Shown here: one piece after another, positions 42,385 through 54,416 of the stretch
How positions within the stretch are numbered: position 1 is the stretch's first letter
Layout of the letters: every line of letters starts with the position of its first letter
From: Escherichia coli
Lineage (GTDB): Bacteria > Pseudomonadota > Gammaproteobacteria > Enterobacterales > Enterobacteriaceae
Length of the DNA stretch: 64,000 bases
Reading direction: 5' to 3' (one strand)
Assembly: GCF_003334255.1 (NCBI RefSeq)
Contig: NZ_QOWU01000002.1
Translations under genes and position numbers: made by a program
The notes under the pieces: generated by a model
Seen by the model: only the letters and a program-made list of their open reading frames with translations
What the model was told of the DNA's origin: nothing
Database searches by the model: none

Positions 42385-43587
42385 ATGCGCATCCTTCACA
42401 CCTCAGACTGGCATCTCGGCCAGAACTTCTACAGTAAAAGCCGCGAAGCTGAACATCAGGCTTTTCTTGACTGGCTGCTGGAGACAGCACAAACCCATCA
42501 GGTGGATGCGATTATTGTTGCCGGTGATGTTTTCGATACCGGCTCGCCGCCCAGTTACGCCCGCACGTTATACAACCGTTTTGTTGTCAATTTACAGCAA
42601 ACTGGCTGTCATCTGGTGGTACTGGCAGGAAACCATGACTCGGTCGCCACGCTGAATGAATCGCGCGATATCATGGCGTTCCTCAATACTACCGTGGTCG
42701 CCAGCGCCGGACATGCGCCGCAAATCTTGCCTCGTCGCGACGGGACGCCAGGCGCAGTGCTGTGCCCCATTCCGTTTTTACGTCCGCGTGACATTATTAC
42801 CAGCCAGGCGGGGCTTAACGGTATTGAAAAACAGCAGCATTTACTGGCAGCGATTACCGATTATTACCAACAACACTATGCCGATGCCTGCAAACTGCGC
42901 GGCGATCAGCCTCTGCCCATCATCGCCACGGGACATTTAACGACCGTGGGGGCCAGTAAAAGTGACGCCGTGCGTGACATTTATATTGGCACGCTGGACG
43001 CGTTTCCGGCACAAAACTTTCCACCAGCCGACTACATCGCGCTCGGGCATATTCACCGCGCACAGATTATTGGCGGCATGGAACATGTTCGCTATTGCGG
43101 CTCCCCCATTCCACTGAGTTTTGATGAATGCGGTAAGAGTAAATATGTCCATCTGGTGACATTTTCAAACGGCAAATTAGAGAGCGTGGAAAACCTGAAC
43201 GTACCGGTAACGCAACCCATGGCAGTGCTGAAAGGCGATCTGGCGTCGATTACCGCACAGCTGGAACAGTGGCGCGATGTATCGCAGGAGCCACCTGTCT
43301 GGCTGGATATCGAAATCACTACTGATGAGTATCTGCATGATATTCAGCGCAAAATCCAGGCATTAACCGAATCATTGCCTGTCGAAGTATTGCTGGTACG
43401 TCGGAGTCGTGAACAGCGCGAGCGTGTGTTAGCCAGCCAACAGCGTGAAACCCTCAGCGAACTCAGCGTCGAAGAGGTGTTCAATCGCCGTCTGGCACTG
43501 GAAGAACTGGATGAATCGCAGCAGCAACGTCTGCAGCATCTTTTCACCACGACGTTGCATACCCTCGCCGGAGAACACGAAGCATGA
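42385..43587 (+). CDS. sbcD: Nuclease SbcCD subunit D (Mre11-like)
   Basis: Track ORF 42343-43587 trimmed to ATG giving [13 protein letters not shown] (calcineurin-like phosphoesterase motifs DWHLG, GDVFD, GNHD); 400 aa. Confidence 0.93.
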   Translation: MRILHTSDWHLGQNFYSKSREAEHQAFLDWLLETAQTHQVDAIIVAGDVFDTGSPPSYARTLYNRFVVNLQQTGCHLVVLAGNHDSVATLNESRDIMAFLNTTVVASAGHAPQILPRRDGTPGAVLCPIPFLRPRDIITSQAGLNGIEKQQHLLAAITDYYQQHYADACKLRGDQPLPIIATGHLTTVGASKSDAVRDIYIGTLDAFPAQNFPPADYIALGHIHRAQIIGGMEHVRYCGSPIPLSFDECGKSKYVHLVTFSNGKLESVENLNVPVTQPMAVLKGDLASITAQLEQWRDVSQEPPVWLDIEITTDEYLHDIQRKIQALTESLPVEVLLVRRSREQRERVLASQQRETLSELSVEEVFNRRLALEELDESQQQRLQHLFTTTLHTLAGEHEA

Positions 43588-46500
43588 AAATTCTCAGCCT
43601 GCGCCTGAAAAACCTGAACTCATTAAAAGGCGAATGGAAGATTGATTTCACCCGCGAGCCGTTCGCCAGCAACGGGCTGTTTGCTATTACCGGCCCAACA
43701 GGTGCGGGGAAAACCACCCTGCTGGACGCCATTTGTCTGGCGCTGTATCACGAAACTCCGCGTCTCTCTAACGTTTCACAATCGCAAAATGATCTCATGA
43801 CCCGCGATACCGCCGAATGTCTGGCGGAGGTGGAGTTTGAAGTGAAAGGTGAAGCGTACCGTGCATTCTGGAGCCAGAATCGGGCGCGTAACCAACCCGA
43901 CGGTAATTTGCAGGTGCCACGCGTAGAGCTGGCGCGCTGCGCCGACGGCAAAATTCTCGCCGACAAAGTGAAAGATAAGCTGGAACTGACAGCGACGTTA
44001 ACCGGGCTGGATTACGGGCGCTTCACCCGTTCGATGCTGCTTTCGCAGGGGCAATTTGCTGCCTTCCTGAATGCCAAACCCAAAGAACGCGCGGAATTGC
44101 TCGAGGAGTTAACCGGCACTGAAATCTACGGGCAAATCTCGGCGATGGTTTTTGAGCAGCACAAATCGGCCCGCACAGAGCTGGAGAAGCTGCAAGCGCA
44201 GGCCAGCGGCGTCACGTTGCTCACGCCGGAACAAGTGCAATCGCTGACAGCGAGTTTGCAGGTACTTACTGACGAAGAAAAACAGTTAATTACCGCGCAG
44301 CAGCAAGAACAACAATCGCTAAACTGGTTAACGCGTCAGGACGAATTGCAGCAAGAAGCCAGCCGCCGTCAGCAGGCCTTGCAACAGGCGTTAGCCGAAG
44401 AAGAAAAAGCGCAACCTCAACTGGCGGCGCTTAGTCTGGCACAACCGGCACGAAATCTTCGTCCACACTGGGAACGCATCGCAGAACACAGCGCGGCGCT
44501 GGCGCATATTCGCCAGCAGATTGAAGAAGTAAATACTCGCTTACAGAGCACAATGGCGCTTCGCGCGAGCATTCGCCACCACGCGGCGAAGCAGTCAGCA
44601 GAATTACAGCAGCAGCAACAAAGCCTGAATACCTGGTTACAGGAACACGACCGCTTCCGTCAGTGGAACAACGAACCGGCGGGTTGGCGTGCGCAGTTCT
44701 CCCAACAAACCAGCGATCGCGAGCATCTGCGGCAATGGCAGCAACAGTTAACCCATGCTGAGCAAAAACTTAATGCGCTTGCGGCGATCACGTTGACGTT
44801 AACCGCCGATGAAGTTGCTACCGCCCTGGCGCAACATGCTGAGCAACGCCCACTGCGTCAGCACCTGGTCGCGCTGCATGGACAGATTGTTCCCCAACAA
44901 AAACGTCTGGCGCAGTTACAGGTCGCTATCCAGAATGTCACGCAAGAACAGACGCAACGTAACGCCGCACTTAACGAAATGCGCCAGCGTTATAAAGAAA
45001 AGACGCAGCAACTTGCCGATGTGAAAACCATTTGCGAGCAGGAAGCGCGCATCAAAACGCTGGAAGCTCAACGTGCACAGTTACAGGCGGGTCAGCCTTG
45101 CCCACTTTGTGGTTCCACCAGCCACCCGGCGGTCGAGGCGTATCAGGCGCTGGAGCCTGGCGTTAATCAGTCTCGATTACTGGCGCTGGAAAACGAAGTT
45201 AAAAAGCTCGGTGAAGAAGGTGCGACGCTACGTGGGCAACTGGACGCCATAACAAAGCAGCTTCAGCGTGATGAAAACGAAGCGCAAAGCCTCCGACAAG
45301 ATGAGCAAGCACTTACTCAACAATGGCAAGCCGTCACGGCCAGCCTCAATATCACCTTGCAGCCACTGGACGATATTCAACCGTGGCTGGATGCACAAGA
45401 TGAGCACGAACGCCAGCTGCGGTTACTCAGCCAACGGCATGAATTACAAGGGCAGATTGCCGCGCATAATCAGCAAATTATCCAGTATCAACAGCAAATT
45501 GAACAACGCCAGCAACTACTTTTAACGACATTGACGGGTTATGCACTGACATTGCCACAGGAAGATGAAGAAGAGAGCTGGTTGGCGACACGTCAGCAAG
45601 AAGCGCAGAGCTGGCAGCAACGCCAGAACGAATTAACCGCGCTGCAAAACCGTATTCAGCAGCTGACGCCGATTCTGGAAACGTTGCCGCAAAGTGATGA
45701 ACTCCCGCACTGCGAAGAAACTGTGGTATTGGAAAACTGGCGGCAGGTACATGAACAATGTCTCGCATTACACAGCCAGCAGCAGACGTTACAGCAACAG
45801 GATGTTCTGGCGGCGCAAAGTCTGCAAAAAGCCCAGGCGCAGTTTGACACCGCGCTACAGGCCAGCGTCTTTGACGATCAGCAGGCGTTCCTTGCGGCGC
45901 TAATGGATGAACAAACACTAACGCAGCTGGAACAGCTCAAGCAGAATCTGGAAAACCAGCGCCGTCAGGCGCAAACTCTGGTCACTCAGACAGCAGAAAC
46001 GCTGGCACAGCATCAACAACACCGACCTGACGACGGGTTGGCTCTCACTGTGACGGTGGAGCAGATTCAGCAAGAGTTAGCGCAAACTCACCAAAAGTTG
46101 CGTGAAAACACCACGAGTCAAGGCGAGATTCGCCAGCAGCTGAAGCAGGATGCAGATAACCGTCAGCAACAACAAACCTTAATGCAGCAAATTGCTCAAA
46201 TGACGCAGCAGGTTGAGGACTGGGGATATCTGAATTCGCTAATAGGTTCCAAAGAGGGCGATAAATTCCGCAAGTTTGCCCAGGGGCTGACGCTGGATAA
46301 TTTAGTCCATCTCGCTAATCAGCAACTTACCCGGCTGCACGGGCGCTATCTGTTACAGCGCAAAGCCAGCGAGGCGCTGGAAGTCGAGGTTGTTGATACC
46401 TGGCAGGCAGATGCGGTACGCGATACCCGTACCCTTTCCGGCGGCGAAAGTTTCCTCGTTAGTCTGGCGCTGGCGCTGGCGCTTTCGGATCTGGTCAGCC

Positions 46501-46730
46501 ATAAAACACGTATTGACTCGCTGTTCCTTGATGAAGGTTTTGGCACGCTGGATAGCGAAACGCTGGATACCGCCCTTGATGCGCTGGATGCCCTGAACGC
46601 CAGTGGCAAAACCATCGGTGTGATTAGCCACGTAGAAGCGATGAAAGAGCGTATTCCGGTGCAGATCAAAGTGAAAAAGATCAACGGCCTGGGCTACAGC
46701 AAACTGGAAAGTACGTTTGCAGTGAAATAA
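43584..46730 (+). CDS. sbcC: Nuclease SbcCD subunit C (Rad50-like SMC ATPase)
   Basis: 1048-aa track ORF; Walker A GPTGAGKT, long Q-rich coiled coil with central CPLCG zinc hook (about 45089-45103), C-terminal signature LSGGE and Walker [12 protein letters not shown]; 4-nt overlap with sbcD. Confidence 0.97.
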   Translation: MKILSLRLKNLNSLKGEWKIDFTREPFASNGLFAITGPTGAGKTTLLDAICLALYHETPRLSNVSQSQNDLMTRDTAECLAEVEFEVKGEAYRAFWSQNRARNQPDGNLQVPRVELARCADGKILADKVKDKLELTATLTGLDYGRFTRSMLLSQGQFAAFLNAKPKERAELLEELTGTEIYGQISAMVFEQHKSARTELEKLQAQASGVTLLTPEQVQSLTASLQVLTDEEKQLITAQQQEQQSLNWLTRQDELQQEASRRQQALQQALAEEEKAQPQLAALSLAQPARNLRPHWERIAEHSAALAHIRQQIEEVNTRLQSTMALRASIRHHAAKQSAELQQQQQSLNTWLQEHDRFRQWNNEPAGWRAQFSQQTSDREHLRQWQQQLTHAEQKLNALAAITLTLTADEVATALAQHAEQRPLRQHLVALHGQIVPQQKRLAQLQVAIQNVTQEQTQRNAALNEMRQRYKEKTQQLADVKTICEQEARIKTLEAQRAQLQAGQPCPLCGSTSHPAVEAYQALEPGVNQSRLLALENEVKKLGEEGATLRGQLDAITKQLQRDENEAQSLRQDEQALTQQWQAVTASLNITLQPLDDIQPWLDAQDEHERQLRLLSQRHELQGQIAAHNQQIIQYQQQIEQRQQLLLTTLTGYALTLPQEDEEESWLATRQQEAQSWQQRQNELTALQNRIQQLTPILETLPQSDELPHCEETVVLENWRQVHEQCLALHSQQQTLQQQDVLAAQSLQKAQAQFDTALQASVFDDQQAFLAALMDEQTLTQLEQLKQNLENQRRQAQTLVTQTAETLAQHQQHRPDDGLALTVTVEQIQQELAQTHQKLRENTTSQGEIRQQLKQDADNRQQQQTLMQQIAQMTQQVEDWGYLNSLIGSKEGDKFRKFAQGLTLDNLVHLANQQLTRLHGRYLLQRKASEALEVEVVDTWQADAVRDTRTLSGGESFLVSLALALALSDLVSHKTRIDSLFLDEGFGTLDSETLDTALDALDALNASGKTIGVISHVEAMKERIPVQIKVKKINGLGYSKLESTFAVK

Positions 46731-46855
46731 CTATTCAGCAGGATAATGAATACAGAGGGGCGAATTATCTCTTGGCCTTGCTGGTCGTTATCCTGCAAGC
46801 TATCACTTTATTGGCTACGGTGATTGGTAGCCGTTCTGGTGGTTGTGATGGTGGT

Positions 46856-48040
46856 ATGAAAAAAGTCATTTTATCTTTGGCTCTGGGCACGTTTGGTTTG
46901 GGGATGGCCGAATTTGGCATTATGGGCGTGCTCACGGAGCTGGCGCATAACGTAGGAATTTCGATTCCTGCCGCCGGGCATATGATCTCGTATTATGCAC
47001 TGGGGGTGGTGGTCGGTGCGCCAATCATCGCACTCTTTTCCAGCCGCTACTCACTCAAACATATCTTGTTGTTTCTGGTGGCGTTGTGCGTCATTGGCAA
47101 CGCCATGTTCACGCTCTCTTCGTCTTACCTGATGCTCGCCATTGGTCGGCTGGTATCCGGCTTTCCGCATGGCGCATTTTTTGGCGTCGGAGCGATCGTG
47201 TTATCAAAAATTATCAAACCCGGAAAAGTCACCGCCGCCGTGGCGGGGATGGTTTCCGGGATGACAGTCGCCAATTTGCTGGGCATTCCGCTGGGAACGT
47301 ATTTAAGTCAGGAATTTAGCTGGCGTTACACCTTTTTATTGATCGCTGTTTTTAATATTGCGGTGATGGCATCGGTCTATTTTTGGGTGCCAGATATTCG
47401 CGACGAGGCGAAAGGAAATCTGCGCGAACAATTTCACTTTTTGCGCAGCCCGGCCCCGTGGTTAATTTTCGCCGCCACGATGTTTGGCAACGCAGGTGTG
47501 TTTGCCTGGTTCAGCTACGTAAAGCCATACATGATGTTTATTTCCGGTTTTTCGGAAACGGCGATGACCTTTATTATGATGTTAGTTGGGCTAGGGATGG
47601 TGCTGGGAAATATGCTAAGTGGCAGGATTTCAGGACGTTATTCACCACTGCGCATTGCAGCAGTGACTGACTTTATAATTGTACTGGCACTGCTGATGCT
47701 CTTTTTCTGCGGCGGCATGAAAACAACGTCGCTTATTTTTGCTTTTATTTGTTGCGCGGGATTATTTGCCCTTTCAGCACCGCTACAAATATTGTTACTA
47801 CAAAACGCCAAAGGCGGAGAGTTATTAGGTGCCGCAGGTGGGCAAATAGCGTTTAACCTCGGTAGCGCCGTCGGCGCATATTGCGGAGGTATGATGCTGA
47901 CGCTGGGGCTGGCATATAATTACGTGGCGCTGCCTGCCGCCCTGCTTTCGTTTGCTGCGATGTCGTCGTTGCTGCTGTATGGTCGCTATAAGCGCCAGCA
48001 AGCGGCGGATACTCCGGTGCTGGCGAAACCACTGGGGTAG
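46856..48040 (+). CDS. araJ: MFS transporter AraJ
   Basis: Track ORF 46772-48040 trimmed to ATG giving MKKVILSLALGTFGLGMAEFGIMGVLTELAHNVG; 394 aa. Confidence 0.92.
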   Translation: MKKVILSLALGTFGLGMAEFGIMGVLTELAHNVGISIPAAGHMISYYALGVVVGAPIIALFSSRYSLKHILLFLVALCVIGNAMFTLSSSYLMLAIGRLVSGFPHGAFFGVGAIVLSKIIKPGKVTAAVAGMVSGMTVANLLGIPLGTYLSQEFSWRYTFLLIAVFNIAVMASVYFWVPDIRDEAKGNLREQFHFLRSPAPWLIFAATMFGNAGVFAWFSYVKPYMMFISGFSETAMTFIMMLVGLGMVLGNMLSGRISGRYSPLRIAAVTDFIIVLALLMLFFCGGMKTTSLIFAFICCAGLFALSAPLQILLLQNAKGGELLGAAGGQIAFNLGSAVGAYCGGMMLTLGLAYNYVALPAALLSFAAMSSLLLYGRYKRQQAADTPVLAKPLG

Positions 48041-48068
48041 GTTATAGTCTCGGTGCTCATTACTTATT

Positions 48069-48160
48069 GCCGGATGCGGCGTGAACGCCTTATCCGCCCT
48101 ACGCGGTTCTGGCACATTTTGCAGGCCTGATAAGACGCGGCAAGCGTCGCATCAGGCATG
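48069..48160. repeat. REP/BIME palindromic units between convergent araJ and mak
   Basis: GCCGGATGCGGCGTGAACGCCTTATCCGCCCTAC and inverted GCAGGCCTGATAAGACGCGGCAAGCGTCGCATCAGGCATG. Confidence 0.7.
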
Positions 48161-48182
48161 ATGCGCCAATTGCCTACGTTTT

Positions 48183-49091
48183 TTACTCTTGTGGCCATAA
48201 CCACGCAGCGCCGCGTACGCCGCTGGAATCACCGTGCTTCGCCTTACGCACCGGCGTTTCACATTCGCCGCCGAAGACAAATTGTTTAATCAACTGCCCA
48301 ACCGTTTGATATAAACGGTCTACATTGCTCATCCCGCCCCCCAGGACAATCACATCCGGATCGAGAATATTCACGACATGTGCCAGCGATTTTGCCAGCC
48401 GCAGCTCGTAGCGACGCAATGCCAGTTCCGCTACCGGATCGCTTTCTTCAACCAGGCGGATAATTTCACTGCCTTTCAGCGCATGTCCGCTCAAACGACG
48501 ATAATCCATCGCGAATCCCGTGCCCGAAATAAAGGTTTCAATACAACCTTGTTTACCGCAATAACAAGGGACTTCCTCGCGATAACGCAGTTCGTCTTCG
48601 TCCATCCACGGTAGCGGATTGTGTCCCCACTCACCTGCCGTGCCATTGCCGCCGATATGCGCCCGCCCATTGAATGCCACGCCCGCGCCGCATCCCGTGC
48701 CGATAATCACGGCAAATACCGTCTGCGCTCCCGCTGCCGCGCCATCTACTGCTTCTGAAACCGCCAGACAGTTAGCGTCATTTGCCAGCCGCACTTCCCG
48801 CTGCAACCTCGCGCTTAAGTCTTTATCGAATGGCTGACCGTTGAGCCAGGTTGAATTGGCATTCTTCACCACACCGGTGTAAGGCGAAATTGAGCCAGGA
48901 ATGCCCATACCTACCGTTCCGCGCTGCCCCGTCGCCTGCTCCGCCATATCAACCAACGTGGCGATCGTTTCAATAGTCTGCCGGTAATCATCACGCGGCG
49001 TGGGCAGACGATGGCGGTACAACTGCTCCCCTGCATCGCCCAGTGCAATCACTTCAGTTTTGGTGCCGCCTAAATCGATACCTATACGCAC
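48183..49091 (-). CDS. mak: Fructokinase / manno(fructo)kinase Mak (ROK family)
   Basis: Track ORF 48183-49229 trimmed by 46 codons to a GTG start giving (M)[22 protein letters not shown]; ROK zinc motif CYCGKQGC; 302 aa. Confidence 0.9.
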
Positions 49092-49215
49092 GGTACTCTC
49101 CTTATTTTTTTCAATATCAATAGCGTAGAGACGGACAACCGGATTGGCAATGCAAGGCCGCCGACAATTCGTTATCATGCCCGCTAAATTTAACGACAAG
49201 GCCGTGGAAATTATC

Positions 49216-50127
49216 ATGCTGTGGTTCAAAAATTTAATGGTTTACCGTCTTAGCCGCGAGATTTCGCTGCGTGCAGAAGAGATGGAAAAACAGCTAGCCT
49301 CGATGGCATTTACCCCATGCGGCAGCCAGGACATGGCGAAGATGGGCTGGGTTCCTCCGATGGGATCGCACAGCGATGCGTTAACGCACGTTGCCAATGG
49401 TCAAATTGTTATCTGCGCGCGCAAAGAAGAAAAAATCCTCCCGTCTCCGGTGATTAAACAGGCGCTGGAAGCGAAAATCGCCAAACTGGAAGCGGAACAG
49501 GCGCGTAAGCTGAAGAAAACCGAAAAAGATTCGCTGAAAGACGAAGTGCTGCACTCTCTGCTGCCGCGTGCTTTCAGCCGTTTTAGCCAGACAATGATGT
49601 GGATCGACACGGTTAACGGTTTGATTATGGTGGACTGCGCCAGTGCCAAAAAAGCGGAAGATACGCTGGCATTACTGCGTAAAAGCCTGGGGTCGTTACC
49701 GGTTGTACCATTGAGCATGGAAAACCCGATTGAACTGACGCTGACCGAATGGGTTCGCTCCGGTAGTGCGGCACAGGGCTTCCAGCTGCTTGATGAAGCC
49801 GAGCTGAAATCGTTGCTGGAAGATGGCGGCGTGATCCGCGCGAAGAAACAAGATCTGACCAGCGAAGAGATCACCAATCACATTGAAGCCGGAAAAGTGG
49901 TGACTAAACTGGCGCTCGACTGGCAGCAGCGCATTCAGTTTGTGATGTGCGACGATGGTTCGCTCAAGCGTCTGAAGTTCTGCGACGAGCTGCGCGATCA
50001 AAACGAAGATATCGACCGTGAAGATTTCGCCCAGCGTTTTGATGCCGATTTCATCCTGATGACTGGTGAACTGGCAGCGTTAATTCAAAACCTGATTGAA
50101 GGATTAGGTGGCGAAGCACAACGTTAA
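49216..50127 (+). CDS. rdgC: Recombination-associated protein RdgC
   Basis: Track ORF 49144-50127 trimmed to ATG giving [18 protein letters not shown]; 303 aa. Confidence 0.94.
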
Positions 50128-50145
50128 TTGCTGATTTTCCTTTAA

Positions 50146-50183
50146 TGCCGGATGCGACGCCTGCCGCGTCTTATCCGGCGTAC
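50146..50183. repeat. REP palindromic unit downstream of rdgC
   Basis: TGCCGGATGCGACGCCTGCCGCGTCTTATCCGGCGTAC. Confidence 0.6.
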
Positions 50184-50284
50184 GAAGCCACACCAGGCAT
50201 ATAATTATTCGCTACGGCGAGCAATAATTTTTAGCGCAGCAATATTATGCGTTTTACGCTGTAACTTGCTCCATGGACGTTGTG

Positions 50285-50566
50285 TCATTGTTTTTCCTCA
50301 AGCCGGTGACGCGCTTCACTGCGAATTTTCCGCGTTGCCCCGGTTTTCACTAAATCACGTAACAGCGAAAGATCGGGTTGTTCGACAAATAAGAGTAATG
50401 ATGGATCCTCTTTTAACCACGCCGTTTTCACATCGGCAGCCAGCTGTGGATTATTAATAGCCAGCGACCGATCCTGAGGCTCAGTCAATGTCGTTAACAA
50501 CAACGCCGGGGTATGTGCGTTGCGCAATGCCGTTTGGCGTAAATGATCATTGCGACTTTGCAGCAA
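50285..50566 (-). CDS. Hypothetical small protein (93 codons, TTG-initiated in the track); this locus holds the poorly characterised ykiA in K-12 but identity is not verified
   Basis: Only sizeable ORF between rdgC and ppnP on this strand; translation MLQSRNDHLRQTALRNAHTPALLLTTLTEPQDRSLAINN...; no motif I recognise; the alternative + strand ORF starts inside a REP palindrome. Confidence 0.35.
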   Translation of the reverse strand: MLQSRNDHLRQTALRNAHTPALLLTTLTEPQDRSLAINNPQLAADVKTAWLKEDPSLLLFVEQPDLSLLRDLVKTGATRKIRSEARHRLEEKQ

Positions 50567-50773
50567 TGCACGCCACCATTCATCATCTGATTTATCTTTT
50601 ATCGTAGCCAGTTCCGCAACAATATCTGGAGATCTTCACTGATATTTATATCAACCTTGATAAATTATGAATATATCGGAAATTGAAAAAATCGCAGCAA
50701 AGGAAATATTATTATGGGCTAAAGAAAGGATATTTCAGAAAAATGCCCTCCCGTTCAAGGGGAAGGCGAGGAA

Positions 50774-51058
50774 TTACAGATAGCGGCACAGATAAGAGGT
50801 GGGTTCGGCAACTTGCAGATGAAACTCACTGTGACCGGGAACATTAAACACCGAACCGGCTTCATACACCTGCCAGTCGGTCGCGTCAGGCAGTAACACA
50901 TTCAGCGCGCCACTGATTACCGTCATCTCTTCCGGCTCAGCGGTGCTGAAGGTGTATTCGCCTTCAACCATAACACCCACGCTGGCGCGACCAGTGCTGC
51001 TGCTGGAAAAGCCGATTGATTTCACTTTGCCGGAAAAGTACTCATTACTTTGAAGCAT
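50774..51058 (-). CDS. ppnP: Pyrimidine/purine nucleoside phosphorylase PpnP (YaiE)
   Basis: 94-aa track [33 protein letters not shown]. Confidence 0.95.
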
Positions 51059-51129
51059 AAACTGGCCCTGTTTGGTAGTTGAACATCTACTTCACTATAG
51101 GGGCCAGAGGCGCTGGCTGTCACGCAAAA

Positions 51130-51807
51130 TTACACCAGTAATTCCGCAGCCAGCCGTGCAATCAATACGTTAGACAGCAAGACAGGAACATCGAGCTGTT
51201 TTTGCAGTAAATCGCGATGACGTTGGTGAAATCCTAAACAATCCAGCATGATGACATCAGCCCCTTTTGCCAGTAATTCTTTCCCGGCATCAATGATTTT
51301 TTGTTCTGAATCATGAATGGGGTTACCCAATGAAAATACCGGCGATTTCTGCAAAATTTGCCATTTTTGCGCCTGAACGGGCAGCATCTCCTCAACCGGA
51401 ACGATAACCCCCACCTGATGATCTTCAACAATAGAGGAAACCAGTGGAGGCAATATTCGCGACGGCTCAAGAAAGATCGTATTACGCGCAGTCATACTAC
51501 TAATGTTTGCTGTACTCATTAATAAAATGACGTCATAACCCTGATTATCGAGCACTTCAACCACACCTTGCAGGTCACGCTCCACTTTGCGACGCGAAAC
51601 ATGGGCCAGCTGGTTGTCATTTAATAATGTGAGAATGGTGTCTTCGCCTGCTTCTGGCGCGTACTCCGCCATCACTTCTTCACGACTTAACTTCCCCAGC
51701 AGGCTATGATGGGAAATATTATCTTCGTCAATGTATTCCGTCAGGAGCGGCAAAACTTCCTGCATAGGTACAATGCCGATGGTCAGGATCGCCAACGACG
51801 CACTCAT
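51130..51807 (-). CDS. aroM: Protein AroM
   Basis: 225-aa track [33 protein letters not shown]; downstream of aroL-yaiA as in the aroL-yaiA-aroM operon. Confidence 0.95.
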
Positions 51808-52064
51808 TGTTCATCCACCTTACTTTTCTTTCGTCGTTAATTACCGGGCAAGTGTGAAGCACCACTGCTGACACTTACTTGTGCTACAAATGACAAAAAG
51901 CGTAGCAGCAGACGTGCACGGCATAATGTAAAGATTCCAAATGATTCCAGTAATGGATTGTTATTGTTTAATATTCTAATTATTAGAAAAACATGAATTA
52001 TGAAAAATGTGACGCAGATCCCTTGTAGTGGCACTCAGAATCCCTTCCGAGCAGTCTGATGCGG

Positions 52065-52265
<201 letters not shown>

Positions 52266-52305
52266 TTATTTCACGGGATGAACGTTAAGTATAGGCGCTC
52301 GAAAA

Positions 52306-52830
52306 TCAACAATTGATCGTCTGTGCCAGGGCGCTGCGAATTTCAGAAATCACCTGGCTGGGTTCGTTTGTTGCGTCGATGATAATATGCGCAACTTCGC
52401 GATATAGCGCATCGCGTTCTTCCAGCACTTCCTGAACTTCTTCGCTCAGCGGTTTTCCCGTTAAGGTTGGCCGTAAATCTTCTTCCGGTGCAGCTTGCAG
52501 TCGGTTAACCAGGACTGATACTGGCGCACACAAATAAACCACGATCCCGTTATTTTGCATGAAGTGACGATTAAATTCCGTCAGAATAATGCCGCCGCCT
52601 GTAGCGATAACGGTGGATGGCGCAGTTACCGCTTCCAGCGCCGCCGTTTCTCTGGCGCGAAATCCCGCCCACTCTTCCCTTTCGACGATCTCCGCGACCG
52701 TCATATTGAGCTGTGATTGCAACCACTGATCGGTATCGACAAACCGACGGTTAAGCGAATCGGCAAGGGCCATTCCGACCGTTGTTTTACCACAGCCCCG
52801 AGGCCCGATCAGAAAAAGAGGTTGTGTCAT
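52306..52830 (-). CDS. aroL: Shikimate kinase II
   Basis: 174-aa track [29 protein letters not shown] (P-loop GPRGCGKT). Confidence 0.97.
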
Positions 52831-52993
52831 CGTGGGTTTTCCCCAATAGGTCGCAATGCGGCGAAAGCCGGTGTCATGGGAATAGCGATCATACCATCAA
52901 ACTAGTACAATTTCTATTGTAAAGAAAAAATTCCACTTAAAGTGAAAATCTCAATACACCCCTTACTATACCAATAAATATTCAAGAATGAAG

Positions 52994-53011
52994 TGTAAAT
53001 AATAAATTACA
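52994..53011 (-). promoter_or_regulatory. TyrR-box-like palindrome upstream of aroL
   Basis: TGTAAA-TAATAA-ATTACA, one mismatch from the TyrR box consensus TGTAAA-N6-TTTACA; lies about 165-180 nt upstream of the aroL start, at the 3' end of yaiI. Confidence 0.4.
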
Positions 53012-53012
53012 T

Positions 53013-53471
53013 TTAGCCACGACTACGTTGCACTTCCAGCCACCACTTCTCCAGCTCCGCGGCAAAGGCCTGGCGGTCACGTTGTGAAAGGCTATCTGGT
53101 CCGCCGGTCTGGATCCCACTGGCACGTAAGGTATCCATAAAATCGCGCATCGTCAGGCGCTCACGAATGGTCGCTGGCGTGTAACGTTCGCCGCGCGGAT
53201 TAAGCGCCGCAGCGCCTTTCTCGATGGCTTCAGCAGCCAAAGGTATATCTGCGGTGATCACCAAATCGCCCGCTTCACACTGCCGGACAATTTCGTTATC
53301 GGCAACGTCGAAACCTGCCGCGACGCGCAGCGTACGAATAAATCGCGATGGCGGCACGCGTAAACTCTGGTTTGCTACCAGTACCAGCGGCATCTGCATA
53401 CGTTCCGCCGCGCGATACAAAATCTCTTTAATTACATTGGGACACGCGTCGGCATCCACCCAAATTGTCAT
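53013..53471 (-). CDS. yaiI: UPF0178 protein YaiI
   Basis: Track ORF 53013-53591 trimmed by 40 codons to ATG giving [26 protein letters not shown]; 152 aa. Confidence 0.9.
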   Translation of the reverse strand: MTIWVDADACPNVIKEILYRAAERMQMPLVLVANQSLRVPPSRFIRTLRVAAGFDVADNEIVRQCEAGDLVITADIPLAAEAIEKGAAALNPRGERYTPATIRERLTMRDFMDTLRASGIQTGGPDSLSQRDRQAFAAELEKWWLEVQRSRG

Positions 53472-53590
53472 AAAGTCATCCTTTGTTGGGTAATCCTCTA
53501 TTGTGTCGCGCTTTTGCCTTCCGGCATAGTTCTGTTTATGCTTCTGCCAGCGATTATCAAAACAATGAATTTCACGGCAGGAGTGAGGCA

Positions 53591-54400
53591 ATGGAAAAGA
53601 AAATCGGTTTTATTGGCTGCGGCAATATGGGAAAAGCCATTCTCGGCGGTCTGATTGCCAGCGGTCAGGTGCTTCCAGGGCAAATCTGGGTATACACCCC
53701 CTCCCCGGATAAAGTCGCCGCCCTGCATGACCAGTTCGGCATCAACGCCGCAGAATCGGCGCAAGAAGTGGCGCAAATCGCCGACATCATTTTTGCTGCC
53801 GTTAAACCTGGCATCATGATTAAAGTGCTTAGCGAAATCACCTCCAGCCTGAATAAAGACTCTCTGGTCGTTTCTATTGCTGCAGGTGTCACGCTCGACC
53901 AGCTTGCCCGCGCGCTGGGCCATGACCGGAAAATTATCCGCGCCATGCCGAACACTCCCGCACTGGTTAATGCCGGGATGACCTCCGTAACGCCAAACGC
54001 GCTGGTAACCCCAGAAGATACCGCTGATGTGCTGAATATTTTCCGCTGCTTTGGCGAAGCGGAAGTAATTGCTGAGCCGATGATCCACCCGGTGGTCGGT
54101 GTGAGCGGTTCTTCGCCAGCCTACGTATTTATGTTTATCGAAGCGATGGCCGACGCCGCCGTGCTGGGCGGGATGCCACGCGCCCAGGCGTATAAATTTG
54201 CCGCTCAGGCGGTAATGGGTTCCGCAAAAATGGTGCTGGAAACGGGAGAACATCCGGGGGCACTGAAAGATATGGTCTGCTCACCGGGAGGCACCACCAT
54301 TGAAGCGGTACGCGTACTGGAAGAGAAAGGCTTCCGTGCTGCAGTGATCGAAGCGATGACGAAGTGTATGGAAAAATCAGAAAAACTCAGCAAATCCTGA
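53591..54400 (+). CDS. proC: Pyrroline-5-carboxylate reductase
   Basis: Track ORF 53483-54400 trimmed to ATG giving [20 protein letters not shown] (Rossmann motif); 269 aa. Confidence 0.94.
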   Translation: MEKKIGFIGCGNMGKAILGGLIASGQVLPGQIWVYTPSPDKVAALHDQFGINAAESAQEVAQIADIIFAAVKPGIMIKVLSEITSSLNKDSLVVSIAAGVTLDQLARALGHDRKIIRAMPNTPALVNAGMTSVTPNALVTPEDTADVLNIFRCFGEAEVIAEPMIHPVVGVSGSSPAYVFMFIEAMADAAVLGGMPRAQAYKFAAQAVMGSAKMVLETGEHPGALKDMVCSPGGTTIEAVRVLEEKGFRAAVIEAMTKCMEKSEKLSKS

Positions 54401-54416
54401 TGACTTTCGCCGGACG

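Noticed and set aside
43584-46730. Repetitive Q/L/E-rich sequence in sbcC as a possible tandem repeat or CRISPR-like array
   Set aside because: The repetition is at the amino-acid level (coiled-coil heptads of an SMC-like protein) within one continuous ORF, with no regular nucleotide repeat-spacer periodicity.
50152-50457. 101-codon plus-strand ORF downstream of rdgC
   Set aside because: Its start and first about 10 codons lie inside the REP palindrome (the R/L/P-rich N-terminus MRRLPRLIRRTKPHQ is typical of REP-derived reading frames), and it overlaps the minus-strand ORF I retained at low confidence.
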